DNA of 64,000 nt from Felis catus. Its lineage: Eukaryota. Position numbers and translations under genes: made by a program. Under the pieces are notes generated by a model. It saw only the letters and a program-made list of their open reading frames with translations, was not told the DNA's origin and did not search any database. Where the stretch lies: contig NC_058368.1 in NCBI RefSeq assembly GCF_018350175.1, positions 31,312,001 through 31,376,000 of the forward strand, read 5' to 3'. This document shows positions 25,481 to 39,798 of this stretch, in pieces. Within the stretch, counting starts at the first letter, position 1, and every line of letters begins with the position of its first letter.

Positions 25481-26475
25481 CCATTTTTGTCTTTTTAGTA
25501 CAGGTTACACCATTCACAGTTAACTAAAATTTTCAGATTTTATTTCTATGAGTTTTTTTTCACATCTTTTCATCATGTTTCTCAATTTTCTGTAAATTAT
25601 ATTAATACCACCCATTCATCCGTCTGTGAATTTTTTTCTTGGTATTTAGAGTAATATAACTTTTCTATTTTATTTTATTTTATTCCCCATCACATATTTC
25701 TAAGCTTTAAGTCTTGCATTTATCTTTCAAAAGTTGAAATCTAGACTTATTACCTACAGAAAACCATGTCCATTAGAGATGAATATTCTTTTTCATTGGC
25801 CACGTGAAAATTTCTTTGAACATAGAGTTGGACTTTTGTGATATTGCTTTGTAAAATGCTACATACATCAGGCATTCTAAAATAAATATTTGATCTTAGA
25901 ATATTGGATTTTTGGTAAATGTCAGATTGGAATGGAAAATAATATAGTAATTTGTGACTGATGTAAGATATGGGTGGCATAATTTCTCATTTCTGTTCTT
26001 ACATACTTAGAGATAAGCATTTATGATTTACCTTTTAAAATTTCACATAAATCTTTTTTTTTGTAAGTGCAGGTGTTTACCCTCCTTAAACAATGCACAG
26101 ATGATGAACAGAAAAATTAGATAAATATACCATCCTCAAAGTCTCAGTTATAAGAAAGTCTGATATAACATTTAATAAGAAGAAAACCTTGATTATATAC
26201 CCAAGATATCTAGCTGTATAGTACATATTTTCATGAAAAGCTGTGTATTTTTGTAAGTACCCTTCTTCAATAATATTTGCTGATTAGATTCCCAAGTTGT
26301 CCTTACATTTCTATCATTTTCCATTAGGGATCTATATGCCCATTTTTGTATATACATGAAAACTTATGATTCTACATGAATTTTCCTCACTACCTCACCA
26401 GAAAATAAATGCAAAATCATTTCACTAGTGTATCCCCACAATGATATAACAATGATAGAATTACTAAGATATATT

Positions 26476-26680
26476 GTTTTATTTTTGAGAGAGAGAGACA
26501 GAGAGAGACAGGGTGTGAACTGGGGAGGGGCAGAAAGAGAGGGAGACACAGAATCCAAAGCAGGCTCCAGGGTCTGAGCTGTCAGCACAGAACCCGAGGC
26601 GGGGCTCGAACTCACATACCGCAAGATCATGACCAGAGCTAAAGTGGGATGCTTAACCGACTGAGCCACCTAGGCCCCCC
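26476..26680 (-). mobile_element. CanSINE
   Basis: Reverse SINE ending cacctaggccccc. Confidence 0.93.
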
Positions 26681-26821
26681 AGTGCTGATTCCCTTTTAAT
26701 GTCATTTCCTTTCAAGGAAATGTTATTTTAGATCCTTTAAAGGTATTAGTTACTGCTCAAAGTTAGAAACCTTATGAGTGAAGTTGTATTTTTTATTTTC
26801 AGTTAAAATATATTGGGCTAG

Positions 26822-27014
26822 AGGGATGCCTGGGTGGCTCAGTTGGTTAAGCATGTGACTTTGGCTCAGGTCATGATCTCATAGTTCGTGAGTTCAAGGC
26901 CCACATCAGGCTCTGTGCTGACAGCTCAGAGTCTGGAGCCTACTTCAGATTCTGTGCCTCCCTCTCTCTCTCTGTGTCTCTGACTAGCTCTCTCTCTCTC
27001 TCTCAAAAATAAAG
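26822..27014 (+). mobile_element. CanSINE followed by TA/CA-rich repeat (to ~27118)
   Basis: agggatgcctgggtggctcag head, CT tract, caaaaataaa. Confidence 0.93.
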
Positions 27015-27569
27015 AATATATATGTATATATACATATACACATGTATATACATATGCATGTATATATGTATATATACATATATACATGTATATACATATG
27101 CATGTATATATGTATATAGGACTAGACTGAAATAGTGAGGGTCATGGCAGGAAACCAAGAAGTTTTTAGTACCATGATTGATAATACACACTAGCATCTC
27201 ACTGAACAACTTGAGTTCACTAGGTCCACCTTCATATTTCTGGTTTTGTCTTTACTACCTGAAATGCACTAGTAAACATCCCCATTGTTCATCTATAACT
27301 GCTACTCTGTGTAGTTTATCCCTCTGGTCCTTAAGACTCAATTCAATCATCACTTTTTCCAAGAAATCCTATTATGATCTACAAGCTTCTGTAGTCCAAA
27401 AAGCCACATAGCGCCTTGTGCTTTTTTCTGTTGCAAGATTGTCTCAGTCTATTGTAGTAATTAATTTATTTTTATGTTCCTTTCCTTTATCCCCATAGAC
27501 TATAAATACCTTGGGAGCAGGATTATGACTTATTTCTACAATCTTGTTTTCCCCCTCCATTTTACCCAA

Positions 27570-28090
27570 ACCCATGTTACTAAATTTTCTGGAGGTCCTA
27601 TATCCAATATGATTTGTTCAAGTTCACCACACTTGATCTCAGTAGCATTTCCCCCGTTGGTTCACTCCCCAAATTCCTTTCTTCCTTTGGGTTCTGTGGC
27701 TCTAGACTTCTCTGATGCTTCTTTACCTTCTATATCCTCCTACTTATTTTCATTTTCTGGTTTTTCTGTTTTTAATGGATTACAATTATTTCATCCATTG
27801 GTTTGAAATTCTATCAAACACCTTTCTATGTCCTAAGAATTTAAAGGCACAAAATAATAATTAAAAGAAGAGTTCCTTAGGACTCTCTTTGAGTCCCTCT
27901 CTTTATCTTTATTCTATCCTCAGACTCTCTCATTAGCGTTTATGGCTTCCAATGTCATGTACATATTCAGAATTTTGAGGATAGATCTCAATTCTGAAAT
28001 TAAAGTGATCTATTCAAATTCCTATTTAATACCTTGGCATAGATATCTCACAAAAAAGTTATCTAAAACTAAATTTTTATTTCTTCCTGA
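27570..28090 (+). mobile_element. Degraded L2 fragments
   Basis: L2-like phrases (cttgatctcagtagcattt...ttcactcc; agagttccttaggactc; tatggcttccaatgtcat). Confidence 0.45.
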
Positions 28091-28760
28091 AAATATTCTA
28101 CCTCTTACAGAGAGAATAAAATCAAGGTAAATATTCATTAAAATGGTGATTTCTTTTAATTAAGTTTCAATTACATGGAAAGACTCTGTCCTAATGAAAA
28201 GGACTTTGAACTTGGATTCCGGGCCTAACTTGGCAGATTTTGTCAGTAACTAGCATAGTTACCCTGGAGACCTCTCAGAATTTTATTCTAATTGCTTGTG
28301 AAATATTTCACATATTATCTAAGATCTATTTTTTTTGTTTCCATGATCCCAGGACTATAATACTAATACTATAATGACATTTGGAAAAAAGAATGAAAAT
28401 AAAAACATAGCATCTGTGAATCTATAAACAAGTTTATCTAGGCCCGTCCATCAGATGATCTTGACTTCTCATTGTTAATTTCTTTTCTGTTGTTTGATCT
28501 TTTAATACATGCCCCTTGATCTCATACCTTTTTTCCCATTCCAAACCCATAGAACAAAACAAGAAAACATGGCTTGCTACTAATTTCTGTATGGCTACCT
28601 ATAATCGCCGTCATTATTAGCAATTTAAGAAGACAGACTCAACACTTGTCTCCTCCTAGTTAAAACTTAAGTTGGTATTTAACAGAAACTATTTCCTTGA
28701 GCTGATTTCACTTGATTTCCAAACATTAGTCTTATTTCTGAAAGAGCTTTTAAGAAATCC

Positions 28761-28978
28761 TTTTTTTTTTAACGTTTATTTATTTTTGAGACAGAGAGAG
28801 ACAGAGCATGAACGGGGGAGGGTCAGAGAGAGGGAGACACAGAATCTGAAACAGGCTCCAGGCTCTGAGCTGTCAGCACAGAGCCGACGCGGGGCTCGAA
28901 CTCATGGACCACGAGATCATGACCTGAGCCAAAGTCGGACGCTTAACCGCTTAACCGACTGAGCCACCCAGGCGCCCC
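28761..28978 (-). mobile_element. CanSINE (young)
   Basis: TSD tgaaagagctttta (28739-28752, 28979-28992); internal 8-bp duplication gcttaacc. Confidence 0.96.
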
Positions 28979-29065
28979 TGAAAGAGCTTTTAGAGGACAA
29001 TATGTCATTTTCCCTTACCACAATTTGATGTTGAAACTTATTAACACATAAACAATAATTTTTCT

Positions 29066-29282
29066 CTCTTTTCCAATGTTTATTTAGTTATTTTAAGAGA
29101 GTAAGTATGTGAGTAGGGGAAGGGAGAAAGGGAAGGAAGCAGAGAGAGAGAGAAAATCCCAAGCAAGCTTCACACTCTCAGCGTGGAGCCTGATGTAGGG
29201 CTTGAACTTACACACCATGATAATGACCTGAGCTGAAAATCAAGAGTTGGATGCTTAACAGACTGAGCTACCCAAGTGCCCC
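29066..29282 (-). mobile_element. CanSINE (older)
   Basis: Reverse SINE ending cccaagtgcccc. Confidence 0.9.
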
Positions 29283-30591
29283 ATCTTTTTTTTTTTTTTT
29301 TTCGGTAGTCAAAATGCACCTGAATTTGGATTTTCAATGTTTCCTCAGAAACAATATGTTGGAAACATCCAGTTCAGTGTTTGTTTAGGAGATGTGTTAT
29401 TATTGCAGAAACAACGATGTGTAGATCAACAGAGGAAAAGCACTAGCCCGGATACATGATGTGCATATGTAGAGTCTAGCAGTACTAAACTCATTTATGA
29501 GTTTAGGAAGAAAGGTAGTGAGGAGAAAGAAAGCAGCTATGCAAAAGGCAAAGAAAATTCAGCTGACACTGAGAAAATTAGGGAAGAGACGAGTGACTTA
29601 GAATCAGATTAGAATCAGAAGAGCTGGTAATCTATTGACAGGAGTTGGCCTGGATAGAATCATGCATGTCTGGTTCTGGTCCTCGCAAAGGTGGAACCCC
29701 ATCACTCCTAGTGCTTTGGCAGATGATGAGGATATTTGTTGCCTTTGAAAGATTTGTAGTCCTCTCGAGAAAATGCAACATATTCCTTTTATTACTACTT
29801 ATATTTTGTTCTACTCTTATTCCTTCACTTTGAATTTAAGAAATTAGGAAGTGCTTTTCAGATTTTGCAGGAAAAAAACAGTAAATTAAGCCTGGGAATG
29901 ATGACCAATTCTATCCCCAAACCTATCTCTGAAGAACAAATTTCTGCACAGTGAAAAAGCTCATAGTTCGGTGAAACCTATGGTGAAACTTGCTTTATTT
30001 TTCTCTTCATTTTTTGATCAACACTAAAATTAAGATTTTATTTATTTATTTACTTATTTATTTATTTGCTGTTGTTTATCTTCTTTTGTTTGGTTTGGTC
30101 ATTATTATAAGATAGTACCTATACTTCTGGGAGGCCAACTAAAACATATATATATATGTATAGATAGATAGATAGATATTTTATATACATCTATATATAG
30201 ATGTATGACATGTATATATATGTTGTTACAGTATAAATTCTCATGGATAAAAGGGGGTTATAACAAAATGTCTTATGATTTTTACCATTCATAGTGAAAT
30301 ATATTTGTTGGTTACTATTAAAAATGTAAATATTTTAAGTACTTAATATAATAAAGATTATACCTAATAATTTCCCTCATGAAGATTTTATTCAAGTAAA
30401 ATAGCATCATGTAAAGAATTGGTCATGCAAAAATTAAACATCCATATGCAGTATTTAGGAGCTTCCCCAATAAAATTTATTTAGAAATAAGCAAATATTT
30501 AAGTGGTTTTAGATCTTCATTTATAAAAAAAAAAATGTATGTGCCATGCTGTTTTAAAATAAAAATTAACATCTAAGAAAATTATTTATAC

Positions 30592-30800
30592 GGGGCTCCT
30601 GGGTGGCTCAGTCGGTTGAATGTCTGATTTCTCCACACAGGTCATGATCTTGTGGTCTGTGAGTTCAAGCCCCATGTTGTGCTCTGTGCGGACAGTTCGG
30701 AGCCTGAAGCCTGCTTTGGATTCTGTGTCTCCCTCTCCTTCTGTCCCTCCCCTGCTTGTGTTCTGTCTCTATCTCTCAAAAATAAATGAACATTAAAAAA
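30592..30800 (+). mobile_element. CanSINE
   Basis: TSD aagaaaattatttata / aagaaaattctttata. Confidence 0.95.
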
Positions 30801-31923
30801 TGTTATAAGAAAATTCTTTATAAATTCAAGTTAACTATAAATCCCTCATGGAAGGGTGAAAGAGTGTTGAAATTTTGAATATGAAAAAAATAATCGATGA
30901 TTCTCATAACGACTATATACTTGCCTAGCTAAAGGATTCTGAAAGATTTGTGACCTTTTAATTTCAGGTTTCCTCATCTATTAAATTCTGAAAATGATAA
31001 TAGTACAAACCACACAGTATTTTACTTTGGGATACTAGTTATATTCATAAATCAATTACCTAAGCAATGTGAAATTATTAAAGAGATTTATCATGGTAAA
31101 ATTAACATGGTGTTCCTCTAATTTCCCAAAAGGACCCAAATCCGTATTTCCTCCATACTCTTCGTCCACAGTGTATTTATAGCCCTTATGGGTTTTCCTG
31201 CATAAATTAACATAAATAAGAATGAACATACCTTAGTGGTTTTGTGAAAGATGACAATGTTGTATTTTTCTATTTATTTGTCTACTTGGAATATTTATTG
31301 AAAGCTATGTTTGGGCTTTTTCTCTTAAACAGAAATGAAAGAGAAAAGTAATTTCTCACCATTTCTCAATTTCCTGTTAATCAGTTTCAATATGTTAAAA
31401 TGATATTTTCAAAATAGCCTTCTTCTGCTTTTAAAGTAATGCATGCTTTTAAAAGAATACATGGAAACAATAATCCTAGAAAATGCATGCCAGGTCATTC
31501 GAGTAGCAGATAATGAAGCTATTAACGAATATTTAACAAAAATATGGGTATGTTTCCATTTGTCTCTGTGTTTTAGGGTTTACTTTTCCAATTTTATATC
31601 CTGAAGGTCACATAATTTTTCATTTACTGGAAAAAAATCATCAATTTACTGTGTAACCTTAAACCTTAACTATAATACATGGAAGTTCTTCAGACAGTGT
31701 ACACTTTTTAAAGATTCTTTTTAAAAAACCTACCTAGATAAAAGTTATTTACAGGTAAAAGATATTTTCATATATAGCTCTGTGTTTTATCTCTATCATA
31801 TAACCTAAAACGTCAAGTAACTGGAACAAAATAAGAAATGAGATTATATAGACAAATCTTTTTTGGCTTATGATGGGGTTACATCTGATAAAAACCATTG
31901 TACATTGAAAATATCCTAAGTTT

Positions 31924-32140
31924 GGGGCACCTGGGTGGTTAAGTTCATTGGGCATTCAACTCTTGATTTTGGCTCAGGTCATGATCTCATGGGTCATGGG
32001 ATCAAACCCCATGCTGGGCTCTGTGCTGACAGTCCTGAGCCTGTTTGGGATTCTCTCTCTCTCCTTCTCTCTTTTTGCCGCTCCCCTGCTCATGCTTTCT
32101 CTTTCTCTCTCTCAAAATAAGTAAGTTTTAAAAAAAGAAA
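31924..32140 (+). mobile_element. CanSINE nested in MER47
   Basis: ggggcacctgggtgg head, A tail. Confidence 0.93.
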
Positions 32141-32168
32141 GTATTGTAAGTTAAAAATTTACTTAATT

Positions 32169-32384
32169 GGGGCGCCTGGTTGGCTCAGTTGGTTGAGCAT
32201 CCGGCTTCGGCTGGGGTCATGATCTCGCAGTTCGTTGAGTCTGAGCCGCTACTCCCCCCCCGCCGTGGGGTTCTGTGCTGACAGCGCAGAACCTGGAGGC
32301 TGCTCTGGATTCTGTGTCTCCCTCTCTCTCTGCCCCTCCCCCACTCGTGCTCTGTCTCTGTCTCAGAAATAAAGATTAAAAAAA
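32169..32384 (+). mobile_element. CanSINE nested in MER47
   Basis: ggggcgcctggttggctcag head; TSD aatttacttaat / aatttgcttaat. Confidence 0.93.
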
Positions 32385-32519
32385 TTTTTTTTTAATTTGC
32401 TTAATACACCTAGTCTATCAACCATCATAGCTTAACCTAGCCCACCTTAAACATGCTCAGAGCACTTCCATTAGCCTACACTTGGGCAAAATAATCAACA
32501 AGTTTATTTTATTTTAGTA

Positions 32520-32668
32520 TTTTTAAAATTTTATTTATTTATTTTGGGAGAAAGAGAGAGATAGAAAGAAACCACAAGTAGGAGAGGTGCAGAGAAAGAA
32601 TCCCAAGCAGGGTCCATGCTGTCCGCACAGAGCCAGAGACTGGGCTCAGTGAGCCATCCAGGCCCCCC
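32520..32668 (-). mobile_element. Internally deleted CanSINE nested in MER47
   Basis: Reverse SINE tail, GA tract and gagccatccaggccccc head, middle missing. Confidence 0.85.
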
Positions 32669-33605
32669 TACAAGGTTCCTTTATAGTTAACTGTTGAATA
32701 GCTCATGTAATTTATTGACTAGTGTACTGAAAGTGAAGAACAGACTGATTGTCAGTGTATGGACTGTTTATACTCATGATCATACAGCCACTGGGAGCTG
32801 TGGCTCACACATATATATCGCACACATAAATATACACAAATGTATAGGCACATGCATAATTTAGTGCATACAATATATATGATATAACATAAATAATGTG
32901 ATATAAATGTTTATATATAAAACACCTACTAATTCAACCCACCACAAGCTGAAACTAATAATAGAAGTGTTTCTAAAAAAGAAGACTATCTTATTTACTC
33001 TTGCAATCAACCTTCATAAGCTAAAGTCTTTGGGATGGATTGTGCTTACCTAAACATTAATTACCCTGTTAAGTTGTATTTATATTACCATGTATATGCT
33101 AAGTTGTTATTACTGCAAATTATTTTTGTGCCCCTCTGCAAAGCTTCAAAAATACATTTTTTCCTGATTTGATCTAGTTATGAAACTAAACTTAAGAAGG
33201 TAATTAAAAATATGTGTACTTGAAAGATTTAAGTTCTACCAGGGTAACCAAATCATTTATGTAGTATTTTATAAAGTAAAGGAACTCTACATAATGAGCT
33301 AGTCAACATAAAGCTAAAATTCTCCTGTGGTGCTTTTGTTCTCGTTAAACATCTTCCATGAGCTATTAAATCTGCCGAGAAGTTGTTATACAAAACATTA
33401 ATAGTGTTCTCATAGCTATATTATCGATGGTCAAAAATTCAAAAGAGACTAGAAAATGAAGGGATGGAATAAGGGGAGATATGAACACACATTCCTGAGA
33501 CTTGTACCTCTTGAGGTTTGGATAACAATTATGATGAATGGGGTAATCACAACACTACATGCACAAGTGAAGAATCAGAGATGCTATTGAGCATTTTCCC
33601 AAACC

Positions 33606-33631
33606 AAAAGAAAAAGAAAAAGAAAAAGAAA

Positions 33632-33675
<44 letters not shown>

Positions 33676-33688
33676 AAAGAAGAGAAAA
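33606..33688. repeat. (GAAAAA)n-(GAAA)n compound microsatellite
   Basis: Directly visible. Confidence 0.95.
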
Positions 33689-36064
33689 CAGGGGGTTTTC
33701 CTTTTGCTTACTAAAATATAAACATTTGCACTTTTATAAAATTTCAAATAAGGAGTTTCTCTGGAAAACTTGTTGCCAAAGCAAATAAAAGAACTCCCCA
33801 TCAGAAAGCAGGGTATTCACCCATGCGCTGTGTCTAGTTGATGGCTTTGTTACACAGGGACCTTCCTAGGTAAATACAATAACCTCACTCTCAGGTAACA
33901 TCAGAGAAGGCTTAGGAAACAAATACACAAACAAGGAGAGCTCAGAGAAATGCCTACACTTTTTGTATTTTCACATATCTCTGTGTATATGTGCATGTGA
34001 ATATTTTCATGAAAATAAACACAGATAGAGGAGTAGCTGATACCATTATAGACAGATATCTGTATCATATGTGAATATATACATATACATGATGTATCTG
34101 TATCTCAACTACATATATTTTTACTTATCCTCTTAAGTTCAGTTTCATAACTAGATCAAATCAGGAATGTGTATATATTTGAGATAAACATGACATGTGA
34201 AAGCAGATGTCTGTTCAAATTACAAAAGCGCCACTTGTGATTTTTATGTACAGTTCAGCATTACATTGTTTTCTCTCAGTCAATGGTATGTTGGTCTGGC
34301 TGTGAGCCCAGGTCTCTCACATAATGATCAACCTGAGACTAACACAGTACCATCTGGTAGTGTCTCAGGTAGGAAATATTTTAAAAAAATATCTCCCAAT
34401 TTATGCACTTCATCCTGAAAGCATAATAATACAAACCACAATATGACATTTTTTTCAGTAATGGAGCATCTTGCAAATAAATGAAGTAGATAACATTTCA
34501 CTCAAATTATGTAGAATGGGGAAAAAATATAAAAACTAGGGAACGGACACAGAAAAATGACTTCTTTCATGAAGTGGGAGATTTGAAAATAATCACACAA
34601 TTTTGAATACAGGTATTACCTGAACTAGTTACACACATAAGGAGAGTGTAGTAAAAGGTAGGAGGGCGCCACTGTGCCAGAATTGTAGCAAATCTAAGAA
34701 ATTGTCATCAGGAAAGTATTCACCATCTCTGACTTTGGTTACATAATAAGACAGGAAAAATAACATTTTTCCTACTAAATTATTTAGTGCATTTGTTTTT
34801 GGATTTAGCCAGGTCACCTACATAATATGCATGTGCCTTTGTCTTTTTGTTATTTAGCAAAGTAAGTAGGCATTTACTTATATTTCTTTACAGAAGAGAA
34901 TCCTATGTGATGATGATACTTTCTCCTTGTGTTCCATTTCTATTACCGTCTCAGGTATTAGGTATTCAGCATTAGGATTTTCAGCAAGGAAAGATTTTTG
35001 CTAATTCTACGTGTTGCTGGGATAACAGCCCACCTACATATGCTGAATTCATCTTATTCGTTGAAGACTTGAGCATAATTGAACACATTAGGTCTATACC
35101 CATGAAACACAGAATATTTTCTGCATTTTCTATTTCACTTTGTCAATAAAGATGCCTTTATTAAGGATTTTCATTAGAGGTTTATTGTTTTATGTTTTAT
35201 AAACCGCTGGGAGTGACGAAAAATGTATGATGCGACTAGCGGATAAGGAACAAATAAATGAACAAATAGATCTTATGTGGTGATCTTATAAAACTTTTTT
35301 TGACTACACTGTAAAAAATGCCCCCTGATCTTATCCTCTTTTGGAGTTTATGGTATGGTCAACACCACATTACTCTGTTACAGGTTAAAAAATGTTACCA
35401 CTAGATTCTTTTTCTTCTTTCTCTAATGAATTCCCTTGGAGGAAGTATGAGATAGAAATACCTCAGACAGAAATTCATCTTATAGTAGGTCATGTTACAG
35501 CGAGACTTCAGGGCATTTAGATATGAATTTTTTAGTTTATTGTTTCCTTAATTTGCCAAACTGAGATTTTTTCCAAAATGCAAAATGTTTTTCCAAAATC
35601 CACTGTAAGAGTGAAAGGTTGTTTTTGAGAGTCAAACTTTGAAAGGATCTTTGAAGTTGATAAAAAACAATAGCCTACGTACATTTCTCCATTCAAACTT
35701 TTCTTTAACTCATCATTTTCCCAACTGATTTACAGCGCTTACTGTTGCTCCCATCTGTTGGGATTTTGTATTTTGAAGTATGGACACCATCTAGAGAAAT
35801 TTGCTCCTCCAATGTCTACTTCAATGTGTTCTTCAGTTTTTCTAATGGACCTCACAGCTTATAGATGTTGTCTTTGATTGCGGGATGAGAACACTAGATC
35901 ACGGAACCCCACACATGAACTTTTATCATAAATTGGTGATCAAATACCATACTGAAGTTTCAGTAAAATATATATATTCAGCTTGAGTATGTGTTTGAAA
36001 ATGTCTATGTATAGATAAAAGCACAAATAAATGTTTTACCTTTCTTTGAAAATATATAAAGGAA

Positions 36065-36258
36065 GGGGCCCCTGGGTGGCTCAGTTGGTTAAGCATCCGC
36101 CTTCAGCTCAGGTCATGATCTCACAGTTTGTGAGTTTGAGCCCTGCATTAGGCTCTCTGCTGTCAGTGCAGAACCCGCTTTGGATCCTCTGTCCCCCTCT
36201 CTCTCTGCCCCTCCCCTGCTAGCTTTCTCTCTCAAAAATAAATAAAGATTTTTTAAAG
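36065..36258 (+). mobile_element. CanSINE
   Basis: Typical head and tail; TSD gaaaatatataaa. Confidence 0.95.
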
Positions 36259-38248
36259 AAAATATATAAATGTGCTTTGGTACTTAAAAAACACATGAGT
36301 GTCAAAATTGAAGATTTACATTTTTTATAATTTTTGCAGAGAGAACACTTTATTTCATAGTTGCTGTTGATTATGAGTGAATATATTAAAACAGTGTTTT
36401 TCATGTTATTATGTCATAAAATCTAAATATCACATATGTCCACATCTTCTGTATTTATGCAGATATTTCAAGAGAGATACATGTTAAGTTTGATAAGATT
36501 TTAGAAAATTCCAATTCATCACTAAGTACTTTCTGAGAAAATCTTGCTGCCATCCTCAATTACTTCACAAACTGATAGCAATTGGCATGTTAAACTGTTA
36601 GGGGTCCCAGAATTGTGATTAACATTTCAGACAGAAATAGTAAAAGGCAAAATTATGCGAACAACTATACGGTTGTCCAAATGTTTAAATTAGAAATTTT
36701 ACCAAACCAGATTTTCAGTACTAAATTTAATCCCTTAAGGAAATGGCAGCTACCAAACACTGACAGCTCTTTTTTTCTCTTTTTAATGAGCTATGAATGA
36801 GTTACTGGTTTAGGATAAAAATACTTTGGAGGCAAGAAAAACACATTTTGGTGTTGTGATTTGAATTATTATTATTATTATTTTTATAATTTGTTCTACA
36901 CAATTCAGTCTATTGTGATATTTACTTAGAAATATTTTGTGAATTGAATAATATGCCTATTTGATGAATTACACAATTGGTTCTAATGTAAGAACATAAG
37001 ACAATTTTTCTGAATCAAGAGGACTCTTTGTCTCACTCTCTGTCTGTCTCTCTCTCTCTATCCTTCCTCCTCCTACTAAATACACATAGTATTTGTAAGA
37101 CTTATTAGAGTAGGAAATGCTTTCCAGTATCTGAAAATCTGGGATGTAAATAGCTAGAATTGTTCACTATAGACATATATTTTATTACTATAAAAGAGTG
37201 TTTACCATTATCCGCACAAATCATAGCACTGAGTACCTTACACATTTTATACTGAATGTTATTGTAGGTACATATCACTGTAAAAATAGTACTTTCATTT
37301 TGAGCTCATTGACTTGTATAGTTTTTAGTAAAGCACACATTTAAAGCAAAAATAAATTTAAAAGGATGTTTGGTACACAATTATACTGTACTGTAGTGTC
37401 TGTTTGAAGGGGCGTATAGATAAAGTTAGTTTTCATTATGGGCTCTCAATAGAGACTTGGATTTGTTAGCCAAATTAATTTTTTTCTTTGATTTTATTTT
37501 GTTTTCGAGTTTGGACAATTTTCTGAGTTTTTAAATTTTTTTGTTGGCTAAAGTAACATCCAGTGAATATTAAAACACTGAAGGAAAAAGAAGAAAGTGA
37601 TACTTTAATTCTGTTCGGATTCAGAGAAAAAGAATTAAGCAGCCAAAATTAATATAGGTTTTCAGTTATTATTTAAAAAGATAAATATTTCTTACTTTCC
37701 AATATATGAAGAAATTTATGCTTGGAAATTTTGGTGTTCTTTTGGCTTGTCACTAGTTAGCTTCAGTGTGACACATTGTTGTAGTATCGGGCAAATCTGT
37801 CAAGTGGATTCCTCTCAGTGTAGATATAACACCAGGACATGTTGTAATGTTCAGCTCAGTACTTGTTCTTATCAATTATTTTCATCATGGAGCCAGAATG
37901 GATGAAGGGGTAACCAAAATATTGGAAGGGTATATTATTATGACTAATTCTTTATTGTAGAAATACTTTAGACATTTTAGTCCATCTTTGAAAATTAACA
38001 GCTATAGTAAACCAAACAAAACAAGCATACAGTTTTATGAGATTCTATAAGGCAAATACGCTTGTAGCCAGATAAAGAGGAATTTGCTGGCAAACCTAGA
38101 ATCCCCTCCATGTGTTCCATCCCAGTTACAGCCTTGCTTAAAGAGGGTTAGGATCTATAATATATATTTTATATGATGAAACAATACATAGATCTATAGA
38201 TAGAGAACTTACTATAAACATATGATGTATCTTTATATCTATACATGA

Positions 38249-38287
<39 letters not shown>
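38249..38287. repeat. (TATC)n tetranucleotide microsatellite
   Basis: Directly visible. Confidence 0.95.
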
Positions 38288-39359
38288 ATATTTGGCAACT
38301 TCCCAATCACAGTCAGACCTATAGCGTTTTTGTCTAACCACCTTAGTATCCCATCTATTTCCTCATTATTCTCTACTGAGAATTCTGATTTAAAGGACAG
38401 AAGGGATGGTATAAGTAGAAAGTCCTATAATTTTTAATTTTCTTTATCTCACATCACACACAACAGTTTTAGAATTATAAAACATAACATTACTGCCCCC
38501 GATTGAATTACTGAGAGGAGTTAAAAAAACTTTTTTGCATGCATTCTTTATGTTCCCCACTTATTTTCACAGTTGTACTATATCAGCATTATGAGAACAT
38601 ATTGTCATTATGATTTTTAAAATCCCTTATTTAGTCTTAGTTCTAGAAGTAACTATAGGCTTAATGTTCATCATATAGTTGTCATCTAAATTTCACACTC
38701 TCATGGAATTCTTAAGGGGAACTTAATGGGGCAGTATTCCTTGGTCACCTGAAAATAGCAATATGTCTTGGCCCTTATCACTGTTAGTCAGTTTTACTGG
38801 ACATAAACTCTTAGACTCACGGCTTTAATCCCTTGGGTACCGTAAATATGCCAGTCAACTTTCTTTTAGTATTAAATTGTGTTCATAAAATCTAATGACA
38901 AAATAGATGCACAAATTATTTTATAAAATGTTTCTTTAAAATCCAGTAATTTTACTAGCATATTTCCTGGTAATGGTTGTTCTGGTTCAGTATTTTGAGG
39001 TACATACTATAACTTCCATTATGTAATTTCAATTCCTTTTTTGAAAGGCTTTCAGAAGTGTAAGTTTTAGCATTAGTTCAATTTCCTTGCTTTGGTTCCT
39101 TATTCAAAAATACCTATTATCTGTATGTTGGATCTTACATTCTGATCTTCAGTATTTATTAATTTTTCCTCTTCATCTTCTTCCCCCTCCTCCCCCTCTT
39201 CTACATTTTCTCCCTTCTTCATCCATTTTTCTTCCTTGAATCATGTTTATTAAGTTAAAATTTGAATACTATCAAATTCATCAATTTTAAATAAACAATA
39301 CAACGAAGTATAATTTATACCTCTCCCTTCTCAAATGTATAATAAATGTACAATACATA

Positions 39360-39563
39360 TTTTTAAGTTTATTTATTTATTTTGAGAGAGCCAGAGAGAG
39401 TGCAAGCAGGAGATGGGCAGAGAAAGAGGGAGAGGGAGAATCTCAAGCAGGCTTCTATCAGCGCAGAACCCATGCGGGGCTCAAACTCACAAAAATGTGA
39501 GATCATGACCTGAGCTGAAATCAAGAGCTAGATGCTTAATTGACTGAGCCACCCAGGCTCCCC
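39360..39563 (-). mobile_element. CanSINE
   Basis: Reverse SINE ending acccaggctccc. Confidence 0.92.
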
Positions 39564-39616
39564 AACACAAATTTAAATAGTCATGTAACCATGACCAGAA
39601 TCAAGCTGTAGAATTA

Positions 39617-39798
39617 TTTTTTTTTTAAGAGAGAGAGAGAGAGAACAGAGTAGATGGGTAGAAGAGAAAGAGAATCTTAAGCAGGCTTAATGCTCAGCAC
39701 AGAGACTGATGCGGGGCTCAACTCCATGATCCTGGGATCATGATCTGAGGGTAAATCAAGAGTTCAACACTCAACTGACTAAGTCACCCAGGCATCCC
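39617..39798 (-). mobile_element. CanSINE
   Basis: Reverse SINE; TSD aagctgtagaa / aagctatagaa. Confidence 0.9.

Larger units (their letters stand above)
31850..32810 (+). mobile_element. MER47/Tigger5-like TcMar DNA transposon relic split by three SINEs
   Basis: Pieces cttatgatggggttacatctgataaa...; acacctagtctatcaaccatcatagcttaacctagcc...; tcatgtaatttattgactagtgtactgaaagtgaa follow the recalled MER47 consensus in order. Confidence 0.75.
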
